This document shows positions 62,599 through 64,000 of a stretch of 64,000 nt of DNA, piece after piece; the first letter of the stretch is position 1; the number at the start of each line of letters is the position of its first letter. This DNA is from the human T2T-CHM13v2.0 reference genome, Homo sapiens: assembly GCF_009914755.1 (NCBI RefSeq), contig NC_060946.1. The stretch is one strand, 5' to 3'. The translations under genes were made by a program, and so were the position numbers. Below the pieces are notes generated by a model. It had not been told where the DNA came from. It did no database searches and saw nothing but the letters and a program-made list of their open reading frames with translations.

Positions 62599-64000
62599 TA
62601 GGTAGTAGATAAATTTAGTAGTAATCGTTTTCGACATAGAAGTTTTCTTTATAAATTCTACTTAAGTGAGGAATAAAGTCTCCTTTAGGTATGGATTTAT
62701 TTTAAATGCTCTCTTTAATTTACAACTCTCCCTTTAAGGCAGTGGATGTGGCCAAGTTCAGGAATGGGACAGCCTGGCTTGGACAGACACCTGGGAATAG
62801 TAGGCAGCTGAGTCACTACTGAGCTGTCAACGTTTCTAAACCTATATTTAATTGTTTCTAGTACAGTACCTGGCACACAGCAGATTGTCAGATGTTACCT
62901 AAACCTGAAGTTTACATTTGTTCTTATTTTCTTATTCTGGATTCATCTGTCTCTTCTTTATCACTGAAGCTTGGTGGCTTGAAGCAAGAATGGGTCATCT
63001 ATGAGTGGCAGATTAGGCTAGTAAGTAACAGAGAATCGGTGTTGCTAATTGAATCAGAGCCAGGCAATGGAGAGCTCCTCTAAAATAAGTCTAACAGAGG
63101 GAATTAAGTGCAGGTGCCTGGAATCAGAAAGCAGTAATCACTTCCTGGAACAATCAATGAGCTGTCTTAGTCTCCTGTCTCTTCATTATTGCTAACAAGA
63201 CCCCCCCTCCCCTGATCACCTAGTGATAACCTTGGATCATCTTTGTCCCCATGAAAGCTTCTTGGGCCAGAGGATCAGAGAACTGTGGCCCTGTTGGAGC
63301 ATGCGGTCATCCAGTCCAGGCCCTGTTGTTTATGTGTGAAGCTTTGGACTCCCCCTGGATTTTCTTTGAAAGCCCCTTGTGACATTTATCACATGTTGCC
63401 TTGTATTCATCTTCCAGACCCTACTGAATGTTAACCTTTTTGAGTGCCAAGACTATTTCTGTTCATCTTTTTGTCCTCCACAATGGAAACTACATGCCTG
63501 GCATACAGTAATATGCAACAGTATGGGTTAATAAGTATATGAATTTGGCTGGGCGTAATCCTAGCACGTTGGGAGGCTGAGGCAGGAGGATCCCTTGAGC
63601 CCAGGAGTTCAAGACTGGCCTAGGCAATGTAGGGAGACCCTGTCTCTAAAAAGAAAAGAAAAGAAAAATAAATATATGAATCCATTTATTCACACATTGA
63701 TTCTACAGTATCTTTGAAGCACTTACTCTGCCTGGCTGGGGAGAGGATTTATAGCCCAGTCAGGGAAAATAACATTAGTCAAACTATGAAATATAATTAT
63801 ATGTTGTGATAAAGGCTGAGGGAGAAGTCATGGGGCTGTCAGAACATTTAATATGGGGCCCTATCTAATCTGGTGGGTCATGGACAGCTTCCCTGAGGAG
63901 ATGAGGTTTGAGATTAGACCCAAAGTACATGTAGGAGTTACCAGGAGCGGCAGGTTGGAAATGGAGGGCAGGAGTAGAAGGGAAGGGCATAACAGGCAGA

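Overview
This is human (primate) genomic DNA from the interior of DEPDC5, the GATOR1 subunit on chr22q12, on the + strand. Twenty coding exons with GT-AG boundaries (recalled numbering 8-27; about c.414-2515; residues ~R138-G839) splice into one open frame of 2,102 nt. They cover the end of the N-terminal domain, the SABA domain, the Ser/Pro-rich linker and the start of the SHEN domain. The introns are dominated by Alu elements, with L1, L2, MIR, MER20, three solo LTRs (LTR12-, THE1/MST- and MER41-type), an RPL17 processed pseudogene and a 3'-truncated U6 retrocopy. Nearly all ORFs in the supplied track are Alu or other repeat artefacts. No prokaryotic-type system and no new protein-coding gene is supported. 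The most interesting pattern is a set of insertion- or duplication-created splice and 3'-end signals beside real exons. These are (1) a tandemly duplicated exon 20 acceptor, (2) an exon 18 donor copied as an Alu target-site duplication (TSD), (3) an Alu-derived stop exon after exon 21, (4) exon 26 read-through into the U6 copy with a stop and AATAAA, and (5) a sense LTR12 with a mutated poly(A) signal and a new donor upstream of exon 9. Each could divert transcripts of this haploinsufficient epilepsy gene. Their actual use is inferred and needs RNA data. Repeat subfamily calls and exon, isoform and domain numbering come from recalled knowledge, not from searches.
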